DNA of 61,434 nucleotides, filler included, from Choristocarpus tenellus KU-1152 (lineage: Eukaryota > Protista > Phaeophyceae): the NCBI GenBank assembly GCA_964200185.2. It is 11 parts of 11 records of this genome, joined end to end, with 100 filler letters (N's around TTAATTAATTAA, not from the genome) between each part and the next. Parts side by side here need not be neighbours in the genome. Positions count along the whole stretch, not along the records: positions 34,548 to 41,768 come from CAXNAD020006515.1; positions 41,869 to 45,372 come from CAXNAD020019578.1; positions 45,473 to 48,166 come from CAXNAD020025594.1; 8 more parts are not named here. One strand, 5' to 3'. Positions 37,240 to 48,147 of the stretch are shown one piece after another. A model generated the notes under the pieces. It worked only from the letters and a program-made list of their open reading frames with translations. It made no database searches and had not been told where the DNA came from. The position numbers were made by a program, and so were the translations under genes. Each line of letters starts with the position of its first letter. Position 1 is the stretch's first letter.

Positions 37240-38760
37240 AGCACTCTCGAATGCAGCCTGGACTTCTTTTGAGTCGCATCCTTTGCCCTTGTCGCAGAAG
37301 TCGCAGCTGCATGTGTGAGGGCGTTGGCCATAATCGCCAACCATCGTCCTCGAGTGAATTTTGTTCTAGTTCACCCTCAGGCATTGGATCAAGAGGTCGC
37401 TAGTCATGTGGTGAATGCAAATGCATGTCCTGTATGATGCGCACGAGAGAAGGAAGAGAGGTTATATGACTCTTGGGTTAGTGGTACTATGGAACGTCTT
37501 GAACCTTTGTGCGCTCCTATCTTGTATGACCTGGAATGTAAAACGACTACATTTCCCAAACCACCTTTGCGTTGGACTTCATGATGTAGAAGGGCCTTCA
37601 CTTCACAAATGTCGACAGGCAGAGTATCGGTCTAGATATTGCCTCCATCTGAAACCCCTCTCTGAAGTTCGCATAGATATCCTCATCTGTGCCAATCTGT
37701 ACCCTGAATGTACGTTGGGGACAACATATATCGTATATATTTCTTGTTGTGTTAGAGAAGAGTGTATACGATGTGGCAGGCTAGGGGTAGGTTTTAAGGT
37801 AGGAGGTGTACCACTTTTGGTTATTGATAGTTTGTATACAATACTTCTGAGCGTGCTGTTGACAAAATGCATCTGGGTGGCATACTTTCTTATTGGTGTG
37901 CGATCCAAGGAGTTCATGCCCTTAGCAGAATCATGGGACGTGATCGGATTGTAAGGCATGGCGGTGCCGTTGCTCTCCCACACAGTGGTGCCAAAGACGT
38001 GTGTTTCAGGATGCTGTACATCAAATGACCGCGAGGATCCGTCTCTTGTCGAGTGAAATACCCTCGCCCTGTCCTTATTTATCCTAACAAACAAGGGGCG
38101 CATAACGAAGAAACATAATGCTAGACAATGAAATGGAGGACGATTTTATTTTTATTTTTACATATTTTTCATCAAACGAGGGGAGACGGGATACTGGGTT
38201 GAGGTCGACACCCTTACTGTCGTGGTGGGGGCTGATGTAGAGGATTGTGGGCCGTGGTTGTCGGAAGTGGGAAACGAATCTCCAATATCATGTACAGGCA
38301 CAACCTCGAAATGCTCCTTATCGCAGATTAATTCCGTCCATTTCCTTGCTGAAGATCTGAGTGTCTCGATCTTGATGTTGTATTTCTTCGCTCTGTCAGA
38401 CAGACATGGGTTGGTACATCGACGTCACCCTGTCCTCGAGTAGTTTGAATCGAGAGTAATTCCCACAAGGATCGAGTTGTAGACCTGGTGAGTGTGCTCT
38501 ATGCTAACATCTTTCTTGATCAATTCGAGGAAGGTCTTGACCTGCACATCAGGTGCGGATTCGGGTTCCTCCTGAGATAGTAACTCCCACAGCGCATTCA
38601 CCAAGGGCACAAAATTCTTGTCCTTATCCAAGAATCAAGTACTTAGCTAGATCGTTCCAAGCGTACCTGTCTCCTCCCTCCTCGTCCTGTCCATACTGGT
38701 CGACAAGCATGGAGCAGAATAGCTGAAGGGTTTAGTCGGTCTGAGCGCGTCTGTTGTGTG
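37240..38760 (-). pseudogene. Sola2-type transposase copy B, 5' half
   Basis: DKDKNFVPLVNALW..PDVQVKTFL; VQHPETHVFGTTVWESNGTAMP; VQIGTDEDIYANFREGF..STFVK*RPFYI; RTCICIHH. Collinear with 28700-30330. Confidence 0.8.
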
Positions 38761-38793
38761 GGCTTGATGTCGTTTGTGTTGTGGTTTGTGTAT

Positions 38794-39043
38794 GAGTCAA
38801 ATTAACTTAGAGGGTAGAGCCGCGTCCATTTGGGGTCAAAGTCCAATGTTGCGATTTTGATGTAATTTGTACTATCGTGTTTGTTAGGAAGTGTCAATAT
38901 CTATTGGACACACCTTTTCATAACGTATACATTTTACCTACTCCGAAGCATTTCGGAGTAGGAAAATGTAATAAAAAAACCCTATGGGAAACCCCAAATG
39001 GATAAACAGGGCTAAACTCGTACCCTCTAAGATACGTTCACTC
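38794..39043 (-). mobile_element. MITE family A copy next to the 5' part of transposase copy B
   Basis: gagtcaaattaacttagagggta ... taccctctaagatacgttcactc; palindrome cctactccgaagcatttcggagtagg. Confidence 0.87.
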
Positions 39044-40735
39044 TAATGCAAGAGATGGAGAGTGGGCGCGGCGCTATAATGGCGCATTACGCAGGACATA
39101 GGAACGTACGCACACTGTGTGGTAGTCTAGGTAGTCCATCTGTATAGGTATGACTGGCAGTGAATGTGTCAAATTTTACGTGGCATAAATATCCACACTA
39201 TGAACCACGAAAACCAGCATTGGATGTCAATGCGGAAAATGTGTTTTGACAAAATGAAAGTCAAAGAGAAAAAGGTGTATGCTCTGTCATCCGACGTAAG
39301 AGAGCCATATCCAGATTTTTTCTGATGTGATTGACGAACCTAGAGTAGGGCGTACCCTCAACCGCATTTAACATAAATGTGGAAAAGGTGCGCAGCCCCT
39401 TGTTTCGTTTGACAGGAGGCATCACAAAATTTGTGTCTGTGTCAAGAGAGACGTACGGTTAGGTCTGTTGATTAAGATGGAGACTAGTGTGTGGATTGGT
39501 GCGTGGGTGGTGCGAACACGTTTGATGTGGTGATAGGGTTTCATTGTGCGGGGTGTTGGGGTAAGGATTCAGCATAGTAATGTATCAACATATTGGATCT
39601 AGCGTTAGGGATACCAGATGTAGGGTTAGGGTTAGGGTTAGGGTTTTGTTTGTAACAAAATGTTTCGAAATTACGGTTCTGGATTGGTCGTGGTTGTCGT
39701 CATATATTGATTTGACTCCTATGTTCTATGAAGAGACGTATCTTTCTGGGTATCTAAGTTTCGTTCAGTGCCGTTAATTGCTCCTTTTCGTCGTGTTTTT
39801 GAAGGAATGAGAAGTGTGCGAACGACGTAGTGGTCGCTTAGCTGTGGCAAAACGACTTCTATTGTATGGATTTCATGAAGAGAATGTACATTATACGTGA
39901 TTCATGAATATGGTGTGACAAAGATTTGGATTTGAAGATAGCGGTTGAAAATCGTATATTATGGGGTAATATGCTTTGATTATTTGGGAAACACTAATCA
40001 GTTATCGCCATAGTTGGGAGGGGCCTGGATTACATGGACGTATGTGGACTGGTGATGGCAGCTGAGGTGTACCTTTTGGGTATTGTGGGGCGGACACCTG
40101 GGGAGTCCCGGGTTCATTCCCCATGTTGGTCGGGTCTCGTAGTGGCTGTTGGGGGGCCATCTGTGTGTGAGGTGTGATGGTTCTCGTCCTCCTCATGAAT
40201 AACAACTAGGAATGCTTCGTTCTTCGACTTGCTTCGTTTCTCCTTGTATGAGTGAATGAGCAAATGGGCTGAGGTGGGATGGGTTTAATGGAAGTTATCT
40301 TCTTTGTAGTTTTTGTATTTATTAAACTATGTATTTTAGTGGACACTTGACGTGGCGATTCGTTTCATGTCAGATATTATCGAATGAATCCATATTGGGC
40401 TGGGGGATAAAATTCAACATTAAGGTTTGCTCGTCGCTTTAGTGATAGAGGTTTTATGTATTTGTATCCATGTTTATGGAATCTTAGAGTTCTCGCTGCA
40501 GTGTTTCATGTTTCTCAGCTCTACAATATTCTTGTTCATTAACCCATGTCTATATTCTATTCCTCAGTAACACAAACATGCTCTCTGTTGAGACCTGAAA
40601 TTGAATTAATCATGCTTGTACTGTGACAGGTTGGTAGGGAAGGGGTGTCATGTTGCAGTGAAACACTGGTGAATTTGTTTTGATGAAGCTATGGACATGC
40701 TGCTCATATCCAGAGGTTCTTTCTTCGAAGTTGTG

Positions 40736-40907
40736 GTATTCCTTTTGACGCTCAAAGGAAGATATATGTGCTCTGAGTAGAGGCTTGATTTGTAGGTATT
40801 CCTTGGGATGCTCAAAGGAAGAGATATATGCTCTGAGTAGAGGCTTGATTTGTAGGTATTCCTTGAGACGCTCAAAGGAAGAGATATATGCTCTGAGTAG
40901 AGGCTTG
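40736..40907. repeat. 60-bp tandem repeat, about 3 copies
   Basis: gtattcctt...cgctcaaaggaagagatatatgctctgagtagaggcttg repeated at 60-bp period. Confidence 0.92.
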
Positions 40908-41281
40908 GCACCTTGTGAAGAAACGTCCCTGTGGATATTTTAGCTCTGAATATATGGCATCCAATTGTGCACCAGGTACAATTTAAAGTAGAGTGAGTTC
41001 GAAGTCTAAGTGGGGTTAAAACCAAACAGAGAAAAAATAATAATCATATTGTGGTATCAGTAGTAGCTTCGTCCTCTGGGGTTGTCCCGTCATAACTTTT
41101 GATGTAAACATCGGATTTAAAAAGTAAATAAGCAGATTCGTGATGCCTATCACAACGCCCTCCAGAGTACGGGTTAGGTTTTTTTTCTCGCCATTTTTTT
41201 CTTTTTTTGAAGAATCAGCGCTTATATTGGGGTTCGAACCCTGGATTGCAGGTTACCAAGAGTGCGAACAAATGTACTATT

Positions 41282-41665
41282 TTACTTGATTAAAGTATAG
41301 GGCTCAGGTGGGAAAAAAGCCTCCCCACCCTTGCTTCCTGTGTGTTCGCGCACCCACTTATTGACCTCGGCAAGGATGTCCTCGTCGAGGCCCAGAACGA
41401 AACGCCTCTCATAGCGCCCTGGCTCCGACACCTTGATGTGGCCCTTAGTTTGGTAGTCTCTCTCCCATTTATTCACAGTTTCTGGCCTGACCATTGCATA
41501 TACTACTTCCATCTTGAGCGCTGTTTGACGGTCTTTCTTGCCGTTCATACACACGTACAGGATTCGCAGTGTTAGAGCCCTTAATATCACGTTTCCTCGT
41601 TCAGCGCCGGAAATAGGCATTGTCCGTGTTTCCTGCACGGTAGATATTTTATCATCAAGGCGCAA
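41282..41665 (-). mobile_element. Probable IS630/Tc1/mariner-related transposase N-terminal fragment
   Basis: VRPETVNKWERDYQTKGHIKVSEPGRYERRFVLGLDEDILAEVNKWVREHTGSKGG resembles the HTH..G.h..S..GR....L.DED....W.R...KG pattern of fungal/protist Tc1-like transposases. No catalytic region is present. Confidence 0.5.
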
Positions 41666-41943
41666 GGGCGAGGGAGGACAGGCTTGAGTTGATCGAAAAT
41701 TGTGTTGATTTCTTGAATGAATGCAGGCTGGGAGAAAGCCTTAATCAGCTTTATTCGTCCAACCCCAANNNNNNNNNNNNNNNNNNNNNNNNNNNNNNNN
41801 NNNNNNNNNNNNTTAATTAATTAANNNNNNNNNNNNNNNNNNNNNNNNNNNNNNNNNNNNNNNNNNNNACAGTAACCAAAACGTCAAAAAACAACCTTTA
41901 CCTTCTACGTATTTGAAGTACAAAATCTTACTGAATCGGACAT

Positions 41944-42211
41944 GAGTGAAAGTATCTTAGAGGGTACGATTTTTGCCCTGTTTGTCCATTTGGGGCTTGG
42001 CTTCCCACGTTTTCTTAAAAGACATTTTCCTACTCCGAAATATTTTAGAGTAGGCGAAATATTTATGTTATGAAATGGTGTGTATGGAACAAGGATATTG
42101 ACACTTCCTAACATACACAACAGCCAAAACTTAATCAAAGTCGCAACATTGGATTTTGCCCCAAACAGACAACAAACAGACTTGACCCTAACCTCTAAGA
42201 TACTTTGACTC
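41944..42211 (+). mobile_element. MITE family A copy with ACAT target-site duplication
   Basis: acat|gagtgaaagtatcttagagggta ... cctctaagatactttgactc|acat. Confidence 0.9.
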
Positions 42212-42556
42212 ACATAGCGATTGTCATAAACATACAAGTCGATAGAAGTGACTCTTTACGAAATAATGATCACCACTAACCACGACTAAGGGTTAGGCAA
42301 TTTTACATGTCCGTTAGGGTTTAATTAAATACTAAATCCACTGAAAACCGAGCTTAGTTTTTTTTTTAATACCAAGAACGCACTTTAGGGGTCTCACACG
42401 TTTCCAACTTTCTTAAAACCTAAGAAGTCTTTCCAACTGGTACCCACTATTTAAATAAACCCTAAATCCACTTTTTGGCGTCTTTAGGGTTTAAATAAAA
42501 ACTAGATAACATAAAAAGCGGATCTATGCTATTCGCGGTTACTGGTAATCTTCTTT

Positions 42557-43207
42557 ACCGTTGAACACTCAGAACACGTGCGTTAGGGTTCTTCCAAAAG
42601 TAGAATGATATTCTAATCTTTACACCAACAAAAACAGATACAAACCACATCCTTCATTGATCTAATACGTTCGAAACGTACGAAACGAAAAGGTCACAAA
42701 AATACAGACACTCACTGTCCCGGTTCAATATGAAATCCTATGCTGTTTGATATTCGTATTTTTGTAACGCAATTGTCATAAAATGTGAAATCTGAGTTTT
42801 GAAGATTGACAGACCAGACGACATAAAACAGCACCTCCCATCCCTCAGTCCTCATTTCAATTCATTCCCTTCAGTAGGTACCACCGTTGAGCACTCAGAA
42901 CACGTGCGTTAGGGTTTTTCCAAAAGTAGAATGATATTCTAATCCTTACACCAACAAATACAGATACAAACCACATCCTTCATTGATACGTTCGAAACGT
43001 ACGAAACGAAAAGCTCACAAAAATACAGACACCCTCTGTCCCAGTTCAATATGAAATCCTGTGCTGTTTGATATTCGTATTTTTGTAATGCAATTCTCAT
43101 TAAAAATGTGAAATCTGAGTTTTGAGGATCAACAGACCAGACGACATAAAACAGCACCTCCCATCCCTCGGTCCTCATTTCAATTCATTCCCTTCCGTAG
43201 ATACCAC
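42557..43207. repeat. 326-bp tandem duplication just upstream of the ParB-like gene
   Basis: accgttga.cactcagaacacgtgcgttagggtt starts at 42557 and 42883; the two units are highly similar throughout. Confidence 0.92.
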
Positions 43208-43255
43208 GCAGACCTCTTACTTATCCATCCCCATCACACCCTCCCAAACTTTGCC

Positions 43256-45372
43256 ATGTCGAACATTCCAAGAACAACAACCCACCCGCCCGCCGATGGG
43301 AAAAGTTTGGAATCCCGAACGTGGGACCTACCCCCTATTGGCGTGTCCCAGCTCTTGGAGCAACACTATCTTGGCTCATACAAGATGAAACTCGTTCACG
43401 TCACATGCACAGATATGGTGCATCCTTTAAGCGAGCGTGGCCTTGCGCTCGTGAAGAAGTCTATAAAGGAGAAAGGCTGGCTGGATCAGTTTGCTCCAAG
43501 TGTTGTCTTCCAGCGAGAAATTTTAGGTAATATGGATGAGCTAAACGCCGAAACTGTGCTTGCCATTGAAGGACGTGTAGAGTGAAAGTACCTTACAGGG
43601 TACGAGTTTTGCCCTGTTTGTCCATTTGGGTCTTGGCTTACCTCGAGGTTTTTATGACATTTTCCTACTCCAAAATAATTAAGAGTAGGCAAAATGTTTT
43701 ACGTTATTAAAAGGCGTGTTCGGAACAAGAATATTGACACTTCCTAACAAACACCATAGCCAATATTACATCGAAATCGTAACATTGGATTTTGGCCTCC
43801 AAATGGACACAGCTCTACCCTCAAAGATACATTGGCTCTGTACTGGACGGAAAACATAGAGTAACGGTGCTGAAGAGAGTGTTTGATCCCGAGCACATTT
43901 TCACCATGCGGATCTACATGGAGTTCGAGCAAATGGAAGAGAGGCCAATTGCGAACGGTGGGTGATGGACTGTTTTCGCTGTTCCATGATTGCCTGACCG
44001 TTCTGATCAACTAAGCACCGAGGTAATGTAGTGTTTTCGTTGTTCCGTGATCGCCTGATGACTTTTCTGATATACGAAGTTGTTGTCGAGTTTCACTTGC
44101 TATTTTCATTGTCAGTCAGCCCATTGTGGATCTTTTTGTTGCTCATCTTTTTTATCCCTCGTGGTATTCCTGTCAACAGCAACATGTTTCTCGGTGCTGC
44201 AGGCCGCGTGTGTCCCACGATCGCTACCCACCTAACCCTTGTCCCATTCGCCCACTGCACCGCCATGCTTATAGCACTCAACGACACGACCAAGAGTGTG
44301 GTTGAGCGCATGTTATACGATAAGATATATTTTCAGCACAAGCTCCAAGAATCTATCAAGTGACAGACGAAGAAGAAAGAAATGTCACTAGCAGAGATCC
44401 GCAGAATGTACCAAAAGGTGAGAGAGTTGTCGACATTGGTGGGATGGTTGCGCTCTACTCCTCCTCTAGCTGGTTACAGCTGTTGCGAGATATCCCTGTG
44501 TCGAACTATTCAACCTAAGTTGAGATAATTATCCCTCGTTTAGATACTCTGTCAACCAACTTATTGATCTTCAGGTGACCATGTAGTATGTATGTGTGGT
44601 TAACCATAGACGTGCAATAAAAATTGTTTATTGATTGTTTTATCGACGGTGTTTCCTAAAACTCACCCCCACCCCCCCCACACACATATATACCGTGTTG
44701 GCGTGGTAATAACGATGCCTCATCCTCGCTGGCTGGGTGCATAGTGTTTTCCGTTTTCTGCCCATCGCGAAGGTGGGCACTACTACCCCGTCGAAATCAA
44801 CTCTGCGAAACTGGCAGCAAGGCGTAAACTCCCTTCAACCAGAGTCCTTCGAGGTACTGAAGGAAGTGTGTGAGTCCTCGTCACCACAGATCGACCGCAA
44901 CGCAATCTCACTAAACTATCTGACGACCAAGGAGTTTGCCGGCTTCACTTCTCTCAAGCAGGGGCTATGCATCCACCTGCTTGCTAGGCAAGTCAAAACG
45001 CCACTGTGTTTTATCGTGTAGGCAGCGTAAGTACAGTTTATGCAGGTCGCAGCACATTGCACAGGAGCCTGAAATAAGTGTCTCCTACGATGAAGAACGT
45101 AGTCGGCCATTGTTGTGTCTAACGAAATCCCTTCGTAGTATTCTGGTAATTCTACAGTGTGTGTTGCCTGTGTATCTGCGCTCTTGTCTATTAGGAAGTA
45201 CGACAATCGAGTGATGAATATTTGCTGCAGTGGCGACCCTTTCCTCTTGATAACTTGCGCATCATTCTCCTTGACGTCCTTTGTGGCAATTCTATTTTAG
45301 CAGATACAAGTCGTTCTATGGGAAGCCTCCTATGGCGAGGGACCACAAGGAGATCGAATCGGACGCGCACAC
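43256..45372 (+). pseudogene. Intron-containing ParB/Spo0J-like gene (ParB/Srx N-domain + HTH), disrupted by a MITE and one TGA; 3' end cut by contig break (exons 43256-43579+43843-43957, 44275-44417, 44773-44987, 45304-45372)
   Basis: Removing the MITE and one TGTA restores the frame: HPLSERGLALVKKSIKEKGWLDQFAPSVVF...EGRVLDGKHRVTVLK...EERPIANALNDTTKSV...MSLAEIRRMYQKVGTTTPSKSTLRNW. Splice phases 1,0,2 are consistent (third donor is GC). Confidence 0.75.
43580..43838 (+). mobile_element. MITE family A copy with TGTA target-site duplication, inserted in the ParB-like exon
   Basis: tgta|gagtgaaagtaccttacagggta ... taccctcaaagatacattggctc|tgta; excision restores the reading frame. Confidence 0.93.
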
Positions 45373-48017
45373 NNNNNNNNNNNNNNNNNNNNNNNNNNNN
45401 NNNNNNNNNNNNNNNNTTAATTAATTAANNNNNNNNNNNNNNNNNNNNNNNNNNNNNNNNNNNNNNNNNNNNGGGGGGGGGGGGGGGGGGGGGGGGTTAT
45501 ACTCCAGGGTGTCCATTTGGCCATAACCAGGCAAGGTGCACTTACATTATCCATCTGACGTATGCAAACCAAATCACCCAAAAATTGTGACACGAAAAAA
45601 TTGGCCCCAAATGGACAGCCACTTTGAGCTATCTACATCCCCTAAGTAAATTCGGCTCACATTATTTGAAGTACTGGCTGGTGATTTGAACAGGTATCAG
45701 GGGTTGCCACTCGCCAAGTATTGAGGGGTGTTGTGAGGTGATTACATTAGGGTTAGGGTTACCCTCTAAGTGCCTTTCATGAGGTGTGTGCAAAGTACCT
45801 CTTCGTCATAATTTTTTTTCATTATTTTATCCATGCTCCGACCGACTCCTTACAAACGTTTTGTACATACTTAGCTCAATATTAACTTTTGTATGTATGT
45901 GTGTGTGTTGTGATGAATATATATATATATATATATTTTATTATTATTAAGTCCCGATGGTGGACCGTTATTGTCAAAAAAAATTAAAAATTAAAAAGTC
46001 TCAATTATTTATTTATTTATTACTTTTAATGACCATGGTCCCCCTTCCCTGCCTGCTATGTCGGGGGAGACTGTTAGTGCCAGTATGTCTGCTATGTCTC
46101 GACACGGAAAACGGGATGAATGATGTTGAAGTAGGTGAATCTTGGGGTGTTGTACCCCCCACCTCCTTTGGACACAGGCAACTGTTGTTGCGCTTGTGCT
46201 TTCCTCTTTCGAACTCTTCAAATGACCAGAGGTTTGTCTGCTGCTACCTTACTACCCGACAGTTCTGACTGACTATTTTTATACATGTGCATCCGTACCG
46301 TTTTTTTATTTTTTATTTATTTATTGAGGGGTGCGAAAAGGACGTTTCGTTTGCAATTCGGAGTCTAGTCCAGGCCTTCATTTTTTTTTTCACTGGCTCT
46401 TTAGTGTGGAGAATCACATTTTATTTTATTTTTTAACAAAAAGTATGTGTATTTGAACTTGTTTTTCTGTATGTATATATATATATAGCTTGAATCGAGT
46501 ATGGGTTGCTACCATACTACAAAAAAAAAATGTGAATAAAAAAAAGAATAATGGAACGCTCGAAAAAAAAATTCTTATTTGTGCTGGTGAATATGTGACC
46601 TGTGTGTGTTAGGGCATATTGTTTCGTGCGTCCAGTCGCGTCGTCTGTACAGCATACATGGGTTTTCACATACATGTGAAGGCAGTACATTTTAATCAAG
46701 GTAGTTGGATAGACTTCTATTGATCCCACAAGTGAACAACAGCTTGCTCACTTCGGTGGTGAATGATTGAAAAAATAAAAATATATATATATATTTATAT
46801 TTTTAAAGAAGCTTGATATGAATATGAACGATCCCCTCTTCTCTTTTTTTTTCTATTCATGTGGTGTGGTGGGGACTAGAACGGTCTCTACTTTGGGGGT
46901 GGGTTTCTAGCGTTGCTGTTGGCGTTTGGCGTTTGGATGGATGGATGGATGGATGGGAGTGTAACTCACATACTGCAAACTCTCTCTCTCTCTTGTCGGA
47001 AAAAGATGTAAATGTGCTGTGCTTGGGAATTTTTTTCTTTTAAGGTTAGGTCAGGTTTTACATGGGGAGTTGTGTGTGGTGGCGTTATTGTATCTCAACA
47101 CCAGGATGAGGCGCCATGTCTTGAACTGTATCTCATCAGGCAGGAACCTTCTAGAAGTAGTGCTTGTGAATTGTCTCGATTGGATCGCTGCTGTGTTTCA
47201 TTCGATAAAATGTAATCAAAATTAAAAATTGATGAGTTTTATTTTTATTTGTTTCATTTCTTGCTTGTGCATGGATGAATGAATGCTGTGCTGAGTACCT
47301 CTGTTGCAATTCTGCCATGCTTCTCAGACCCCTTCTCAATCAAAGCCAATCAAAGCCTTTGCTGGTGTTGTGGATCGACGTCGGTTAAATCTTTGTATTA
47401 AATCTTTGCATTAAAAATTTGTATTAAATATTTGTGTGTAATGAGTTAAATTCTCCTCTCTAGATTTCAGTGCGATTGAGTGTAATCGAACTGTTTAACC
47501 CTGTAGAGGGAGAGAACCACCGAGATACACTACCCCGATGCGCCCAGAGCACTTGTTCGCATGAAATAAATAAGAAATAATAATAATAATAATAATAATG
47601 ACTAAAAAAAATAGGAAAAAAAAAAGGAAATATCCCTCTTGACTGTCGGAATTGACTAAAATTGTGATTTTTATTGTTATTATTGGAGCTAGCCGTGGCG
47701 ATTTGAATTTGAATTTGAATTTGTGTGTAACGTTCACCGCACTTTGTTGGGTTTTTTTTATCTTGTGCCCTTTGCGTGGGGTTTCTGTTCTGATTTGAGT
47801 GAGGGGGCACGGGAAATTGATTGATGATTAGTGTTGAAGTTCCTGAACAACCTTTTTGGTTCACGACAACGATCTATAGCCCTAGCCCTAACCCTAACCC
47901 TATTGTTCACTCGACTTGTGTTCTTGAGGGAGTGTTGCATGTGTGTGTTTTGGTTTTGGTTTGTTTTGTTCTTGCACCCTTTTTTTCTAAAATCACTTCT
48001 TTTTTTATTTTGTGCAG

Positions 48018-48147
48018 GGATAGCGATTGTGGCCAAGGGGGTTGAAGAGGCCATGGACAAGAACAATCCTTACCTATTGAGAAAGGAAGACTATCTAGGG
48101 AAAGCCAGGCAATTGCTCTTCAACCTAAAGAAGAACGATGACCTCAG
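48018..48147 (+). CDS. Internal exon encoding a TFIIS central (TFS2M)-like domain
   Basis: AG/GT-bounded exon IAIVAKGVEEAMDKNNPYLLRKEDYLGKARQLLFNLKKNDDLR fits the 'A..IE..m......Y..K.R.L.FNLK.N..LR' pattern. Confidence 0.75.

Noticed and set aside
41220-41282. Second tRNA gene (GGGTTCGAACCC B-box)
   Set aside because: Only a T-arm-like motif with no complete cloverleaf; at most a tRNA/SINE relic.
43576-43842. MITE acting as an introner spliced out of the ParB-like gene
   Set aside because: GT donors exist at the left end, but there is no AG acceptor at the right end that would preserve the DGKHR motif; a separate in-frame TGA at 44361 also indicates a pseudogene.
44361-44363. In-frame TGA codons (here and in transposase exons) as selenocysteine or recoding
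   Set aside because: They occur in copies with other lesions and not at redox-motif positions; simple point mutation (CGA or TGG to TGA) explains them. No SECIS evidence was seen.
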